NCBI GenBank assembly: GCA_010356995.1
Contig: ML996709.1
Location: forward strand, 14,606 to 78,605
Direction: 5' to 3'
Length of the DNA: 64,000 bases
DNA from: Trichodelitschia bisporula
Taxonomy: Eukaryota
Below, in pieces: positions 1 to 13,900 of this stretch. Made by a program: the position numbers and the translations under genes. Position 1 is the stretch's first letter. Each line of letters opens with the position of its first letter. The notes under the pieces are model-generated. The model searched no databases and was not told where the DNA came from. It saw nothing but the letters and a program-made list of their open reading frames with translations.

Positions 1-1609
1 TCATCGGACTTCCGGCGTCGTCCATCTTCGCCACTTCGGTGTTCGCCGTGCCAAGCCTGCCTTTCCGGGTAACACGACATCGGGTATGCCGACACGAAAA
101 GTCCGAGCCACCCGCCGCTTCGGCGAACTACACTCTCCCTTCAGCACAAATACGGCAGTATCGTGCGCGGAGATAACAACATCCATACCCCCACCAACGC
201 AACCGAGATCGGTGTCCGTCCAGGCATCAGTTACTTGGTAGGACTTGTCGCCACTCAGTCCTGGAATATCGCCCCAAGCAATATTCCGCGTCGCCGTGCT
301 TTCGTCGGTGTTGAGTACCAGTACCATCGTCCCCTGCTTGAACGTGCCGGACCAGTATTCCGCCGGTCTGTCAGCATCCCACGTCCAGTTCGGGTTGGTC
401 CCCCACTTGTACGGCGTAGCCGGCTTGCCGTGCACATCGTCCTGGTTGAATGCTAGAAGATACTTGTTTTTCATCGTGTCCACGTCGGCTGAGGGAATCT
501 GTGTCAGGTCGGCACCGATGAGAAGTGGTGACTTCATGGCCGCCCATAGCGCGAAGTGAGATCGCCCTTCGGCGACGCTGATGCCGTTGCCAACCTCGAG
601 CATATCGGCATCCGAATGGGCCCAGAAGTCGACATGGTTCATCTGAAAGGAGTTCTCGTTCAGAATCTCCTTGATCCGTCCCCAATTATCTGACTGTTAG
701 CCCAGGACTGATGAAAAATAGTGACGCCTTACTAAAGATATCTCCCGTCGAGCGCCATGATGCGGCTACAGAGGCTCCCCAGGTGCCCACGTTTGCAGTT
801 CCCCACTCACAGAGAGAGTACAGCATGGGACGGCTCTGGGCATCTATGGCGTCGCGCATCCGCCGATAGCGCTCTGCCGTCTTGGACTTGGAATAGTCAT
901 AACCAGAAGGGCAGTAGTTTTGGTTGCTGAACGCATTAGCTCAGTTCGAGAACCGCCGGGTCACGAACTCGGTGCAGGTGCCGTTAGAGCCACTATGGCT
1001 TTTATCGTCGGCAAGACAGAAGACACACTCATCACGCCACTGGTCAGGTACGTTACAGTTGTCGTACTTGAGGTAGTCGATGCCCCAGTCGGCCCATGTC
1101 TTGGCATCGGTGCTCTCTTGTCCCAGGCTCGCAGGGTAACCGGCGCAGGTCTGGGTTCCAGCGGAGCTGTAGATTCCGATCTTCAGGTTCATAGCATGAA
1201 TCTTATCGGCCGTACCCTTGATACCATCCGGAAAGCGGGTCATATTCGGACGGAGGCGCCCGGTGCTAGCATCCCGAGAGCTTTCGGACCAGCCTTAGTC
1301 CCGTTAGCTTCGAAGCGGCCCAGAGAGCTGGAAAGCGTACAATCGTCAATATTGACGTACTCATACCCCGCATCCTGGACAATATTAAGTTAATGTTCCC
1401 CGTATAATTGTTCCTTGGCATACCTTGAGTCCCAGATCCACAAGCTTTTGCGCAGCGGTGAGGAACTTATTCTCGTCGATATCGCAATGAAAGCTGTTCC
1501 AGCTATTCCACCCTAGTGCAGGAAGGCGACCAACTCCGCTAGGACGAACGAGCGCGGAAGATGTGCCTACAGCAGCAGCCAGCGGAACTAAAATACGGAC
1601 GTTAACCAT
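1..1609 (-). CDS. Secreted GH27 alpha-galactosidase (multi-exon)
   Basis: Signal peptide followed by LPALGWNSW; spliced [48 protein letters not shown] and [15 protein letters not shown] motifs. GT-AG introns (e.g. 1375-1423). Stop codon at 1-3. Confidence 0.92.
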
Positions 1610-2538
1610 GGCAGCGATTCTGGTCAGTCCGCTACGGATGTTAGAGTTGAGTCACGTCGCGCTGATGGCAAACGGCGAGGTTTGTCAATGACAATGATCT
1701 CTTGGGATGTTTCCTGCGTGTAGACAGAATGTCGCAGGTAGGGTTGGGGAATATAAAGCAAGTTGAATATACATACATTGAGCACGGGTCATCAGCAGGT
1801 CATCGACCATGCTCCCAGCACTTCCGTGACCCAACGACACCGCAGCTTCCACACATTCGGCGGCCATCACCGCATGAAGCCAGTGACGAGTAGTAGTCCA
1901 CATGGCCAGCACGCTCGCCTGATACGTAACAACAAGTTGGGGAGAGCACAATGCGCCGGCTCAACCCCAGAAGGTCAGGCCCGGAATGGCAGCGCTTCGT
2001 CCAATTCGGGTAGCCGGGGATGTTGCGCTGCAGCTGTGAAGCGAAGCGCAATTGGTTGTTGAAAGGGAATTCGGTTTGCGGAAATGATGGAAGTGTGTGT
2101 AGCCAACGAGGAAGTAAGCCGGATGGGGCCTTGGCCTGTAGGTCAATGTGAAATCCAACGTTCTCTTTCTCGACCACCATGCACGATGTGTCGTCGTAAT
2201 CGTCCAGGGTAACGGCTGTGGCGTATGTGGTACGGTGACGAGCGTCGACAACGCGTGGATGGCAGATCCAGTCGCTTGGCAGGTGGAGCCCATGTTGTGA
2301 AACGTGAGAGGAGGGCCGACGATCCCGTTGGCTCCGCTGCGTGCCGCTCCATGCCGCTCCATGAGATCGCAGGGACGATGCGCCTAAAAAATATTCCGCC
2401 CCATCCTCATTGACCGCACGTGTCCATGCGTTTTAGGAAGGTTCCATAGGGCCATCATGTAATCCAAGGCGAATTTCTGGCAGATGTTCATACCGATGAT
2501 CTCAATCCCGGTAAACGCAAAATGATGGCACCATGCGG

Positions 2539-2592
2539 GCCAACAGCAACCTACGAGCCAACGCCAACCTACGGGCCAACGCCAACCTGCGG
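2539..2592. repeat. 18-bp tandem repeat x3 (GCCAACGCCAACCTACGG-like)
   Basis: Units at 2539-2556, 2557-2574 and 2575-2592 read directly. Confidence 0.8.
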
Positions 2593-4447
2593 GGCTATAC
2601 CGTTACAAACTCGGCACGTTGGCCAGCTGTACGACGGTTTGCCCACCGGTTCTTTGGCGCAACTCCATGCTGCACATCCGCCCGCGGCAGTTCCGCCAGC
2701 GCAACTTCACGCACACTTCGCACAAGCGGGGGTCAATCTCGGCATGTGCATTCCGCGTTTGGTGCTGCGCGGGCCGGGTTTGCTTTCCGTCATGAACCGG
2801 ACGTGGTAACGGTACCGACACCCAATTCCAAAGCAAGTGCAAACCTCGCCCGACATGGATCAGTTTCCAGGCCGGCGAACAGGCTCAACTTTGTGGTAAA
2901 TCGGCAGCCGGCATGGTCGAGCTCCCCGTACCGGAGTACGTGCTGGCACCAGTTGGCCAGAGGCTCCGGCTGATTGGCAAAGGTGTGCTACAATCCGGAA
3001 GCCTTCGGTTCGCGCGTAGGCTCGGCTCAGGTGACACTGGACGGTCCAAGCCGCTGGGGACATATCGGCTTGCGCTGTACAACAGTGAGCGAAGCGCTTG
3101 ATTTTTGACCGAATCTTACCTCAAGATACTTGCCAGCTATGCTGCCAGCCATGCAGCAGCCATGAAGCCATGAAGGTATATGAGCTTCGGTATTGCTATG
3201 GGATTACCGGCTATGCATGATGCCGTGCAGTTGCCAGTCCCTATTTCAGGTAGCGCATAGCTGGTATCCAAGGCAGTTGTGAACAACTTGGTCTTGACCG
3301 GCTGCTGTACTCGATTTATGTGCTGCACGGTCTACGAGAATGTTCCCCTTCAGCGTCGGCGATGGACTACCAGCAAATGAGATGTCCGGACATTGAGGAA
3401 CCGATGTTGTGATCAGGTGCATCGCATGATTGCTTCAGGCTAAAGTGGTTCAGGGTCTGGCTGGATGTGATGGGAAGCTACGATAGGGCCGGCTGGGCTC
3501 GCATGTGCCGATACTCCTTGTTCACAGTCCAAAAGTAGCCGTAGCGTTCGAAGTTTCTATTTTGTCAGACTTTGGAAAAGGCAGTACTGTATGCGGTATG
3601 CGGGACGGATGGGTGTTTACCATCACATCCAGAAGCGGATGGAACGGGCTCATCTTGACTTCGCCATACGTGCTATCCGAATCACAAACCCCATTTTTGC
3701 AATCTACCTATCCCAAATTTAGGTGAGGCGAGGCCAGCGGACACTCCCTCACTGTACCATCAATTCTACTGGAACATATTTGTACAATTAACTCGATAAT
3801 GACATCGCTGGCGCTGTTCATGAAGAGATGTGCGGTCGGAAGGTCAACGCTTTCCTTTTTTTCCCTCCGCCTTCTGCAGACGCCTGGTCCCGTGCTTTCG
3901 CGCCGCGAAGCGAACGGCTGGAACATCGCCGTCATCGTCCCAAAACACCGCGTTGATCACGTTCACCGCTCGAGTCTTCCATGCCTATCCCGCGCTATAT
4001 CAAAGCAGATCTACCATATTCCAAATCAGATCAGGATGAAGATTGGAGCCTGAGATGACTATCAGGAGGATAAACAAGTGAGGTGGCGCGCTGATATCAA
4101 ATGGATTGCGGTCTGTTCCTGCACTTCTTGCACATCTAGCCCTTTTCCAACTGTTATGAGGCACTCCACCAAGCACAAAGAGCGGTATATTCTCCAGAAA
4201 GTGGACCCTTCTCCGGACATCCCCACAACCTATCAGGCTTCCGAGCAAGACAATGAAGTGCTCGTAACCCTACGTCATGTTTTGTGGAGAAGGAGGAGGA
4301 GAAGGAGAAGGACATAAAAGACCCTCATGTGCAGATAGTACAACATCATCAGCAGCACTCGGCAGCACCTGAAGATACTTGCAACTATACCCGACTCACC
4401 AAATCACCAAACCCAGACCTCACCTCTACAATTCCATCGCCTTCATA

Positions 4448-4842
4448 ATGGCAAACCCAGGAAACGTCATCGGCGGCTACAAAGCCACCATCAGCAACCC
4501 TAGTACGTCTCTCAGTACATCCTTTGGCTCAACTGACCAGCTTTCCAGCCGTCTCGAATCAGGCCAAGGAGCACGCGAAAGAAGTCCTCGAGGAAGAATA
4601 CAACATTCCAGTTGCAGAAGGTACACGTCGGCCCAGCCAAACAGCAATCACCAACGAAGCTGTCGAGGGAAAGAACCCAGGCAACGTGTATGTTGAAGTA
4701 CAGCATGTCCACGACCACTGCTAACTGCCGCAGGGTTGGAGGCTACAAAGCAACTATTCATAATCCGCGGGTGAGCGAGTCGGCCAAGGAGCATGCGCGC
4801 GAGACGTTGGATGCGATGGGCGTTGAGCCACCAGAGGATTAA
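4448..4842 (+). CDS. con-6: Conidiation-specific protein 6 (CON-6) family, two repeats
   Basis: NPGNVIGGYKATISNP..VSNQAKEHA and KNPGNV|VGGYKATIHNPRVSESAKEHA, joined across two GT-AG introns. Confidence 0.85.
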
Positions 4843-5114
4843 ACGGCTCGGCCTTGATTATGGGTTTTGTGATTAAGTTTTGGGACAATTGAGTCGCGGT
4901 GTATCTTCTGAGGTTGTGCTTCGACACCGTGCTCCTCCCTCCAGGCTTAGACGTGCCATCGTTGGTGTGGTATGACCGTGAAAGCGCTCGGACTCCAATC
5001 TCTGGCAGAGCGTTCTGCGCATTGGTCTCTCGGCCGTGTGGCCCATGCCCATGACCATGTCACTTTCAAACTCAAGTGAGGACTTCCAGTGTGCTTGATG
5101 CCCAAATGGTCTCG

Positions 5115-5626
5115 TCACTTGTCTGCCGCTCTGACCTTTTCCACCTCCGCCATCACGACTTCGACAATCCTCCTAAAGCCGTCCATCTCTTCCTCGACAT
5201 CTCCTCCCCGTCCAGCGGCAGAAAATGACACTGAGTTTCCCACATACGTCGGCTTTCCTGTCTTCCTCGCCAGGACCTTTGCCAGTCTGGTGGCAAAATC
5301 GAGCGTCTGCGACTGTGGATACAATGCGGTGCTTATCGGCGGTGCAGAGGGATTGGTGCGCTGTGCAACAGGTTTGTCAGTCCAAAACAGGCGATGAAAC
5401 GGGAAACTGGAAACCCTACGTCTGGTAGCGCGTAGACGAAGCTGCCGAGGGCACAGCCGGAAGAAGGGGCATCGCTGCTAGCAGTCGTAGCGAAGAGTAG
5501 GATCGACTTTTCGAGAATCGTGAGGTGTAACTGGATGCGAGTCTGGAGGGCATGGGGGAGGGGCAGGGCAAGCTGTATCGGATTTCCCACGGAAGCAAGT
5601 CCGTTTGTCGAGTCGGCGAGAGACAT
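5115..5626 (-). CDS. Probable proteasome assembly chaperone 4 (Poc4/PAC4-like)
   Basis: Two exons: ..LGSFVYALPD and ..LYPQSQTLDFATRLAKVLARKTGKPTYVGNSVSF, resembling fungal Poc4. Confidence 0.6.
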
Positions 5627-6597
5627 GGCGTGGAAGCTGTCAAGCTATAGCTCTCTTATCGAATTCTCCGGCTTACTGCTATGCAGTCTAACACGCGGCA
5701 TGCACTACCAAACATGGGGTGGGTTGAGTTGCCGGGGAAGAGAGAGAGAGGTAGGGGAGGTTGTTGTGATGGAGGGGTCCACCAGCCACCAACTGGCCAG
5801 CCATGATGAGATCCGATCGAGCCAAGCAAAAGCTACCCAACGCCAGATCTCCGCGATGCTCTAAAAACGGACGTGCACTATCCCGCGACCCCTCAAGGTC
5901 GACGAGACGCATGTGCCGTCTGTCAGATATGACCCGACAGCATTTCATCGTATTCACCCCCCATGGTAAGTCGAGCCTCTGTTTTGTCTCCTATTCTCCG
6001 ACTGGTTTCGCTTCGTTCCGCCGAGTCAGACTTGGAAACCCGTCGTTATGCCGGCAAAACCTGTTGCTCGCACGCAATACACCGTTCGCTTCTCCGGACC
6101 CGGCATCTCATGCCTCAGGTTAAGACATCAACTTTGAGTTCAGCTCGCATGGCTGGTATAGGCGAGCATCCCGAAGATTGGAGGAAAATCCCCGACCGCC
6201 AAACAATCGAACCCCTCAATCACGGAAAGCATTCTTATCTCTAAATCGTTCTCCCTCTCTTGTCCGGCGACTTGGGCACGAGGCATGTTTCATCTATCAG
6301 ACCCAAAAGTCATTTCTCATGTACCGTTCCCCACGCATGTCTACTTAGGCTGCGTGGGGGCTTCGGGAATGGCCGTCTTCTGCATCGTCTGGACAAGCAT
6401 TCGCATCCTTTTTTCTTTCGTTTGGTGGATCGCTAACAATCATGGTCCGCTCAAGATCCGGCGCTAGGTTCTTCTTTTACGATAGTCCCGATGTGGTAGA
6501 CTTCAAGGAATGGTCATCTGACGAGGATTCGGAGTTCGACGCCGCCAGAGCATCACTATCCGATTTTATTATCGATTCAGGGCTGCCTTCTGGAGAG

Positions 6598-7972
6598 ATG
6601 TCGAGCAATGATGCCCTACAGGGCGTCGGACCGAGTGACTACGAAGAGGAGGACCAGCAAATAGATCCGATGTCGGATCCGGAGGAGCGACGAGCCATCT
6701 ACCAGGTGCTAAATTCCTTCTTGTATGCTCAGCTAAGCCCTTCCGGCATCAATTATGCAGTGCCGGACTAACCTCGATTGCAGCCTTTATCGAAAGCAGG
6801 CACACTACAATATCACCCATGTACGCCGACAGTCATTCTATGCCATGCCTCAACAACATTGGCAACTTTTGGCTGCGGAGCCTTTCAACTTTTTGGGCAC
6901 CCTAGAAAGTATCGATGCCGCCATTGACTGTAATGCCGAAATCGCCGAAGCTTTCTTGCAAACCGGCTTGGAATTTTTTGACCTGCCACCGACTACCGCT
7001 AGCAACACCCCTTCCCTAACCTCCACACCCAACCCATCCGATCCCGAATGGCGTATGCCTGCCGATGCGCTAAATGAGGAAAAGGCCCAGCAAACTATTC
7101 GTCAGCTCTTCCGGGATTGGAGCGCCGAAGGCCGTCCCGAACGCAATGCATGCTACGGGCCAGTCCTCGATGCTCTAAACACCGAATACCTCGCCGTATC
7201 AGATGCGAACAAAGGCCACATCAAAGTCTTGGTGCCAGGCGCGGGTCTCGGACGGCTAATGTTTGAAATCGCAGTTGCCGGATACGCAGTGGAAGGCAAT
7301 GAGTTCTCGTACCACCAAATCGTGGCCTCGAACCACATCCTCAATGGCACGCAACGTGCGGGCCAGTACGACCTCTACCCGTGGATCCATGGCTTCTCCA
7401 ACCATCGCACTCGCGCGGACCAGTTACTGCGTGTGACGGTGCCTGACGTGCATCCTGCGACAGAGCTAGAACGTGCGTCGGAGGGCAAGGCGGTACACGG
7501 CTTTGAGAGGATGAGCTTCTCCAGTGCCGATTTCTGCGTCGTGTACAAGGAAGCTGCTAGCAGAGGCGCGTATGACGCCGTTGCAACGGTTTTCTTCATT
7601 GACACTGCGCCCAATCTGATTACCTATATCGAGACGGTGGTGAATTGCCTCAAGGATGGAGGCGTCTGGATCAATGTAGGGCCACTGAAGTGGCATTTTG
7701 AGAACAACCCCCCAGAAGGCCGGAATCGGGCAGAGGAAGGCGTGCCCGAAGGTCCCAAAGGCCGCGAGAATCTGGGTGTTGGCGAGGCTGGTGCAGTGGA
7801 GTTGACGGAAGACGAAGTGCTTGCGTTGCTGGAGCGTTTCGGCTTCCGCGTCGAGGAATTCAAGTCACCCGTTGGGAGGACGGGGTATGTTGGGAATCCG
7901 AACAGCATGTGGAATCCCATGTATCTACCCTCCTTCTGGGTTGCAAGGAAGATCCGTCATGTGGGATTATAG
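6598..7972 (+). CDS. Carnosine N-methyltransferase (N2227-like, SAM-dependent)
   Basis: IRQLFRDWSAEG, VLVPGAGLGRL, EGNEFSYH, TVFFIDTAPN and GGVWINVGPL motifs. Intron 6723-6783. Start may instead be 6442. Confidence 0.88.
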
Positions 7973-9456
7973 GCATGCCGCTGCCCGATCCACGGACTCC
8001 GGGTCGTGGTCGCGGGTTCGGCGGTATGTGCTATCAAGTCCCGCGATACTACACAGCAACAATCCGCGCTTTCGGAGAATAACCGATAAAGCATAGTCTA
8101 CCCCTTCGATAGCCGCAATGCAAATTATCGATGGGACAGCAATTTCGAATGCCGTCTCCCTGACCTCATACCCGCCTCCACTTGCCCACCCAGCCCAACC
8201 CAACCCCACCCATCGTCGCAAAGCGATTACCGAGCCTCTGACCGGACTCGACCTCCTCCCTTCCGCCCCAACGATCACGTCCCACCTTACGTTGCAGCCT
8301 CGCCCCTTGGCACCTGCCAACCAAGCTACCCGTTACCCCGCGCTGTCACACATAGGGATGGCACCTGCCGCGCACAGGTTGTCAAATCAGCTGCCAACCG
8401 ACTACCCCTCAAGCAGTCAAGGGATCCGGCCGGAAATCTCGAGTCCAGTCTCGCAAGCGGGAGGCTCCCACGATGCCGGCTTCGGCATTCGCTGGATTAG
8501 ACGTCAACGCCCCTTGCTGGGCCAGAAACCCCGCCTTGTATCACCGAGAGTTAAACCAGCTTTCTGCAACATCGCATGACGACAGTGGGAAGGAAAAATG
8601 CGGATGTCTAAGGATGCTTCATTTGCCTGCATCGTGTATTTCCCCCTCCCCCGCGCGCCCGGCGCCTGACTTTTCCCTCCCCATTCGTGCCCCGCCCATC
8701 CGCCTTTCTATACCGCGTACAATGAACTAGCTAATACACGCCCCGGTGAAGAAATGGGACACAGAAAGAGACCACGAAAACAATCCCGCTACACATCGCA
8801 GAAACAAGCCGGGTGGATCAGGGGGAAAACATGATACAGGTGAAATGCATGCGGGAATGACAGCTAACACCCAACTTTGGTGTCTCACAAGGACGCTCAA
8901 AAGGTATCCGCTCCAAATTCGCCCGTCTCATAAACGCCGGCCCGGATGAAGGCAGGAGAAGATGGAAAAAGAGTTGCATCAGAAGACAGGGGAGAAATTA
9001 CTCCTCCTTGAACACCACCCCCCTTTCCCAGAGATTTCCACCCATCCTCTACCGCCTAGCTAAACCTCCGACACAGCCGTCGTGGCATTCTGCCTGCGCC
9101 GCCGGCGCCTGCCGACCCGAAATGCCCTATTCCCATTGCACACGCCCTGGCGCCATGGTCTATTTCCCGCCGTTGCGTTCATCCGTATATATGCAGTCGT
9201 ACCTGAAAAGAGTCATGGAAGGAAAGAAAAACAAGCTAGGAATCGCATGCACGCGTGATGCCGTCCACTTCATCTTGTCCATCATTGCACAGTAATGCTG
9301 GACCTATCAATGGAAATCAATGATGTCGGAATACCTTGCGTCCGGAGAGCTTTGCAGAGAACGGCCGGTTCGGGCGCGATGAGATGGTGTAGAATACAAT
9401 TCCCGAATGGCTGTGCTGAAGATATGACGCGAGCGTCAGCCTCGTGTTCATTGGCT

Positions 9457-10978
9457 TCACCGTCGGCGCGAAGAAGTGGCCTGGCCATTTGCCGAAGTCT
9501 GGGTGCTATATTCGTCGAGGAGGTCGAGACACTTGCCCAGAACTGCAAGGGTCAGCTTATCTCCCGAAGTAAGGTAGGGAAAACGCACAGGTTATTATCT
9601 CCTCCTCCCAGACACCCATCTGGTAGTCGACCAAGCCGTGCTTCTCCATCATGTCACACAGCCGGACCAGCTCCTTGCCCATGGTTTCCATTTGCTCTGC
9701 CTCCATGAGCGACTCGGGTGGATGTGGCCTCTGACCACCAGAGTCCAGCATCGCAATGGTCATCTCACGTTGACGTTGTAGCGCCACAAGCCAGCAGCGA
9801 TTGAAGTCTGCCCACAGCTTGAGCCGTTCGTCATGCATGCCCTCTTCGTCGCGAACTAGGCCTAAAATGTCAGATCAGCTGTTTTGCTCGTAAAGCCAAA
9901 AGAGACACCTCCAGATGACTTAACCGGAGTACTAACCCAGAAGCTCCGCATTCCCGAGAAGCCAGTCCGATATCTGAACCAGGGAAGTTCCAGCTTCGGC
10001 CAACCGCCCGTCTCTCACGTACTCATACGTCCTCCTCAGCTCTTGCAGATACTGGCTATACGCATTCTCCACCTCCGCCGCGGTCGAGCCCTGACTGCCA
10101 CTCGTGACGCCGACGGCACCATAACCCTGAGCCGGTTGGCTGCTTGAATCCTGAGAGTGATGCATTCCCATAGCACTCTGCACACTGCTAGCCGTAGGAA
10201 GCAAGTAAGAGTTTGTTGTCGATGCGCTCCCACCAACCACACCTTGGGCCTGGGGAGTATAAGACATCGATTGCTGGTGATAAGGGCCAGCTCCTCCGGC
10301 ACCGCCCGCGTCACCACCCGTGCTGCCGGAACCACTACCGCCAGAGCCGGGCGGAACGTAGTACCCCTGCGGCACGTGGAACTGCGACGACAGGACCTCG
10401 ATGGCAGCGGCCGACGCGCCTCGATGCTGCGACGGAGTTTGCGAGTAAGGTTGCACTGAGTCGTAGGGAGACGTTGGCGACGCGGTCTGCGCGTGAGAGT
10501 GCGGATGGGTTGGAGTAGGAACGTTGTACATGATGCCTGCAGCGCCATATTGAGCTGCAGCCGTGTGGTAGGATTGCGTTTGCTGCGACCTTGCTGCCGC
10601 TGCTGCCGCTGCTGCCGTCGCGTCCGTCGCATACTCGCCTCCGTACTGCATCGCTGCACCTGGCACGCTCATACCTGCACCCGCGTTGGTAAAAGGGGTG
10701 TTCTCGCCATACGCGTAGCCGTACGCGCCGCGTCCAGTCGCGCCGCCCGGGGCCGGCACGGAAGTTGGTGACTGGACGGCCATTTGCTGTGCGCGGAAGC
10801 GGTCGCTGGCTGTGGAGCTACCGGTTCCGGTGGACGCGTAGTGCCCTTGAGGAGCGTAGTGTTGTTGCGGGGGTGTTTGATGCTGGTGCTGCCCTTGCTG
10901 CTGACCCTGCTGTTGCGCGACGTAGCCCGCAGCGGAACCTGTCTGTTGCCTCTGATGGCGCCGCTCATTGCTGTCCAT
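9457..10978 (-). CDS. Conserved fungal protein with Q/A/G-rich N-terminus and helical C-terminal domain (resembles proteins annotated RfeF-like)
   Basis: Three exons: MDSNERR...ISDWLLGNAELLG | LVRDEEGMHDERLKLWADFNRCW...HGLVDYQMGVWEEEII | LGKCLDLL; TGA at 9457-9459. The family name is recalled, not verified. Confidence 0.7.
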
Positions 10979-13900
10979 GCCAGTGTGGCCCTTTTGCGTT
11001 GTGGAATTTACCGCCAGACCGGGCACGTCAAGGGCCGCCGTACGTTGCGCCGAGGGCGAAAGAGGTGGGGTTGCATAGACGATGGCCAGGTTGGAGACTT
11101 GCGTTGGATCCGTTTTGGGAAGATGCTGGTGCGGTTGAGAGCGGGGGGAGGAGAGGCGAACGCGGTCCCGCCCGGTTGCGTCTCCAGTATCGGAAATGTG
11201 TGATTGGTAGCCTGTATGTGGAAACGAATTGAACTGCGAATGGTGATGGCTTGCGGTGTCTGAGGCGGACAGGTTGGCGGTTGACCTTTGACGCAAGGCA
11301 AGCGATACTCGGGAAACCCTACACCAAAGCTCACCAGAAGATGAGGCAGCAAGGAAGTGATATCCCCCCAATCAAAACTAGACGACGACAATACAAAAAG
11401 GTTCAACCTAAGAAGTGATCGAGCGATATATGGTAGCAGGTAAAAGTCAAGACGGCGATATGCGAGGGACCAATGACACCAGGCGAGTTCAGGCTCCAGC
11501 TGAACGGGGCGAGGTGTACGGATGTTCAATGAGTCTATTGCGCGCACCAGTAGCTTCCTGAGCTTTGACGACACGGATCCTTGAACAGAACGGAGTGATA
11601 CAAAAGGAGAGTTCCCAGAAGAATGGAGAGCCAACGGGAGGCGTTGGGTTCGACAGGTTTGAGGTGGGGGGGAGGATAGGTTGAAGGGATGGTGGGGCGA
11701 TGGACCAGGTTCTCGTGAGAAGAAGAAGAGAAAAATAAGGGCGTGAGTCGATGGCCGGTTGGGCTGTCCAGTGATGACAACAACAGGGCTCCCTGGACGG
11801 AAGAGTTCGAAGACGGAGGAGACGGGGCGTCGACGAGCTTCTGGAAGGTCGTGGTAAGCAAGATTGATACGTCAATTGATGGTGATGGTCGACAGGGCTA
11901 CTGAAACAGTGCGAGGGAAGGATGCCCTTGTTCGAAGATCTGCAAGCAACTGGGGGTGGGTGTTGGGGGGAGGGGGGGTACAGAAGGTACAAAACAGGAG
12001 ACGACTGAAGCCGTAAACGCAGCGCAGCTGCAAGTTCAACGAAGAGTAATGGGGACCAGATAAACGGGAAGAGGGGGTATGGTAGGTAAAGTCATGAGGG
12101 GGGGGGGGTGAGACTCTTTTTCTCAGCAAGACCACGAGCCAGCGATGTGATCCATGGGAGCCGAATTGCCCTCGAGTACGTTACTTCTAAAGACAATCGC
12201 TCCCACGGCGCAACGGGCGCGAGGCTTCAGCACCGACCCGCCGCCGATGTATAAACTTGATACGGGCAGGGTCCGAGTGTCAGAACGCCAGACGTCGGAA
12301 GTGTGACAAGACTTCGGAAGCCTTTTCAGCCGGAGACGAAGTCAAAAGCCGACCGGCAGCTGAGTAGAGTGGAAGTAGAGCGTGAAAGGGCAGATATGAG
12401 CCGATGAAGAAGAAGATGGTGGGTTTGAGTGTAGGGAATTCTTCTTCCTCAGCAGCAGCGTACATGTATCTCCATGTATGATCAAACAGACAAATTATCC
12501 GTGCATTTGATTGAACAGTCTCGATACCGAGTTAGCGGGGAGAAGATATGCAAAGTGCAACAATTCCGGCTTCCTGAATCGGAGACGATGTTCTTGTCTC
12601 GCTCCCGCAGCTGACTGCCACAGCACGCGCGCCGTTGGAGTGCGGAACTTGCTACGCACTTAGTGGCAGGGCTGGACATATGCCAGGGGAGGAGAGGGGG
12701 GGTTGGTGTTAGAGGTGGAGAGTGAGGAGAGGAAGTACACAGATAGTATGGTGTGGGGGGGTGGTGGAAGGGCTAGGGGGGTTTGAGTGCTGAATGGTGG
12801 GGGGAAACGAAGCAAAGTGGTGTTGGTACGTATGAGTGTGTGAGAGAGATGGAAAGAAGCGGAGAAAGAACGGGAACAGACTGGAGAAATGTGGAATATA
12901 GACGACAAGGACGGGATATTAGGTACCTCTTATCTTATGATGTCGTTTTATATATTCAGAGGTTGCTCGAGGCTCTGGACGTTTTTGCGGTGGAAGCAGA
13001 TATCGGCGACTGGTGACCGCAACTTGATTTTCCTGAGGGAATGGAAAGCAGTGTTACGTATAAGATGGAGAGACGTCTTTCGGAGAAGCGTAATACGTGA
13101 TGCGTTGTGCGTTGTACGTCGTGCGGAACGAGTCGTGATGGAAGAAATCGACAACAACAGAAGGGAAAGACCAATCGACGGGACACCGGGTCGAGTATTT
13201 CGGAGGCAGACGGGATATTACCCTCTCTCTCAAGAATTTCTGGCGATCGTTAAAGTGTCAACAACAGTCCGGGGTGGGGGGGGGGGCGTGTTGGCTGCCC
13301 GCTGGGCGACCCAGGCATGCCTCTATATTTGTAGATGGAGAATGCGGACGCGGTGGTGCAACAGCTGCGCCGCCGGGGCCAAAAGGCGAAATCTCCCCCC
13401 CAATCCACCACCACCATTCGTCCTCTTCTCCACCTCCCACCAACTCCCCCTCATCCTCCACCTCCACCTCCACCTCCACCTCCAACCTTCACGCCAACAA
13501 AACTACCAGCAACTGCACAAGTACCCCCAACGCACGAACCACACCCCCATGCTCTCAAAAGTGCTCATCATCTGCAAATCAAAAAAGTTAGTGGAGAATT
13601 CGCCATGACACAGCCAAAAGCGCCACTCCGCTAGTCTGGCTCACGGCGGCGTTCTGTGGCCCATGATCCGATGCCCAGTCTTCCCATGTACCTATCCTAC
13701 AGCCTTCCAGATACGTAGGCCGCAGGGAGGGTATACGTGCCTTTTCTTCCATTGTCCCCCGCATGAGACTAGATATGGCACGGTGCTTTTTCTTGCGCCT
13801 CGACGATGATGACGCCTTTTGTGCTGGCAAAGCCAGATTGAGGACCGTGAGCTATGAGCGCGACATAGTACACAGACAGTACTCCGTAAAACTTCCTCTT

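Noticed and set aside
2522..3101. Short ORFs containing the 18-bp repeat
   Set aside because: No recognisable family and no consistent exon structure; only the repeat is reported.
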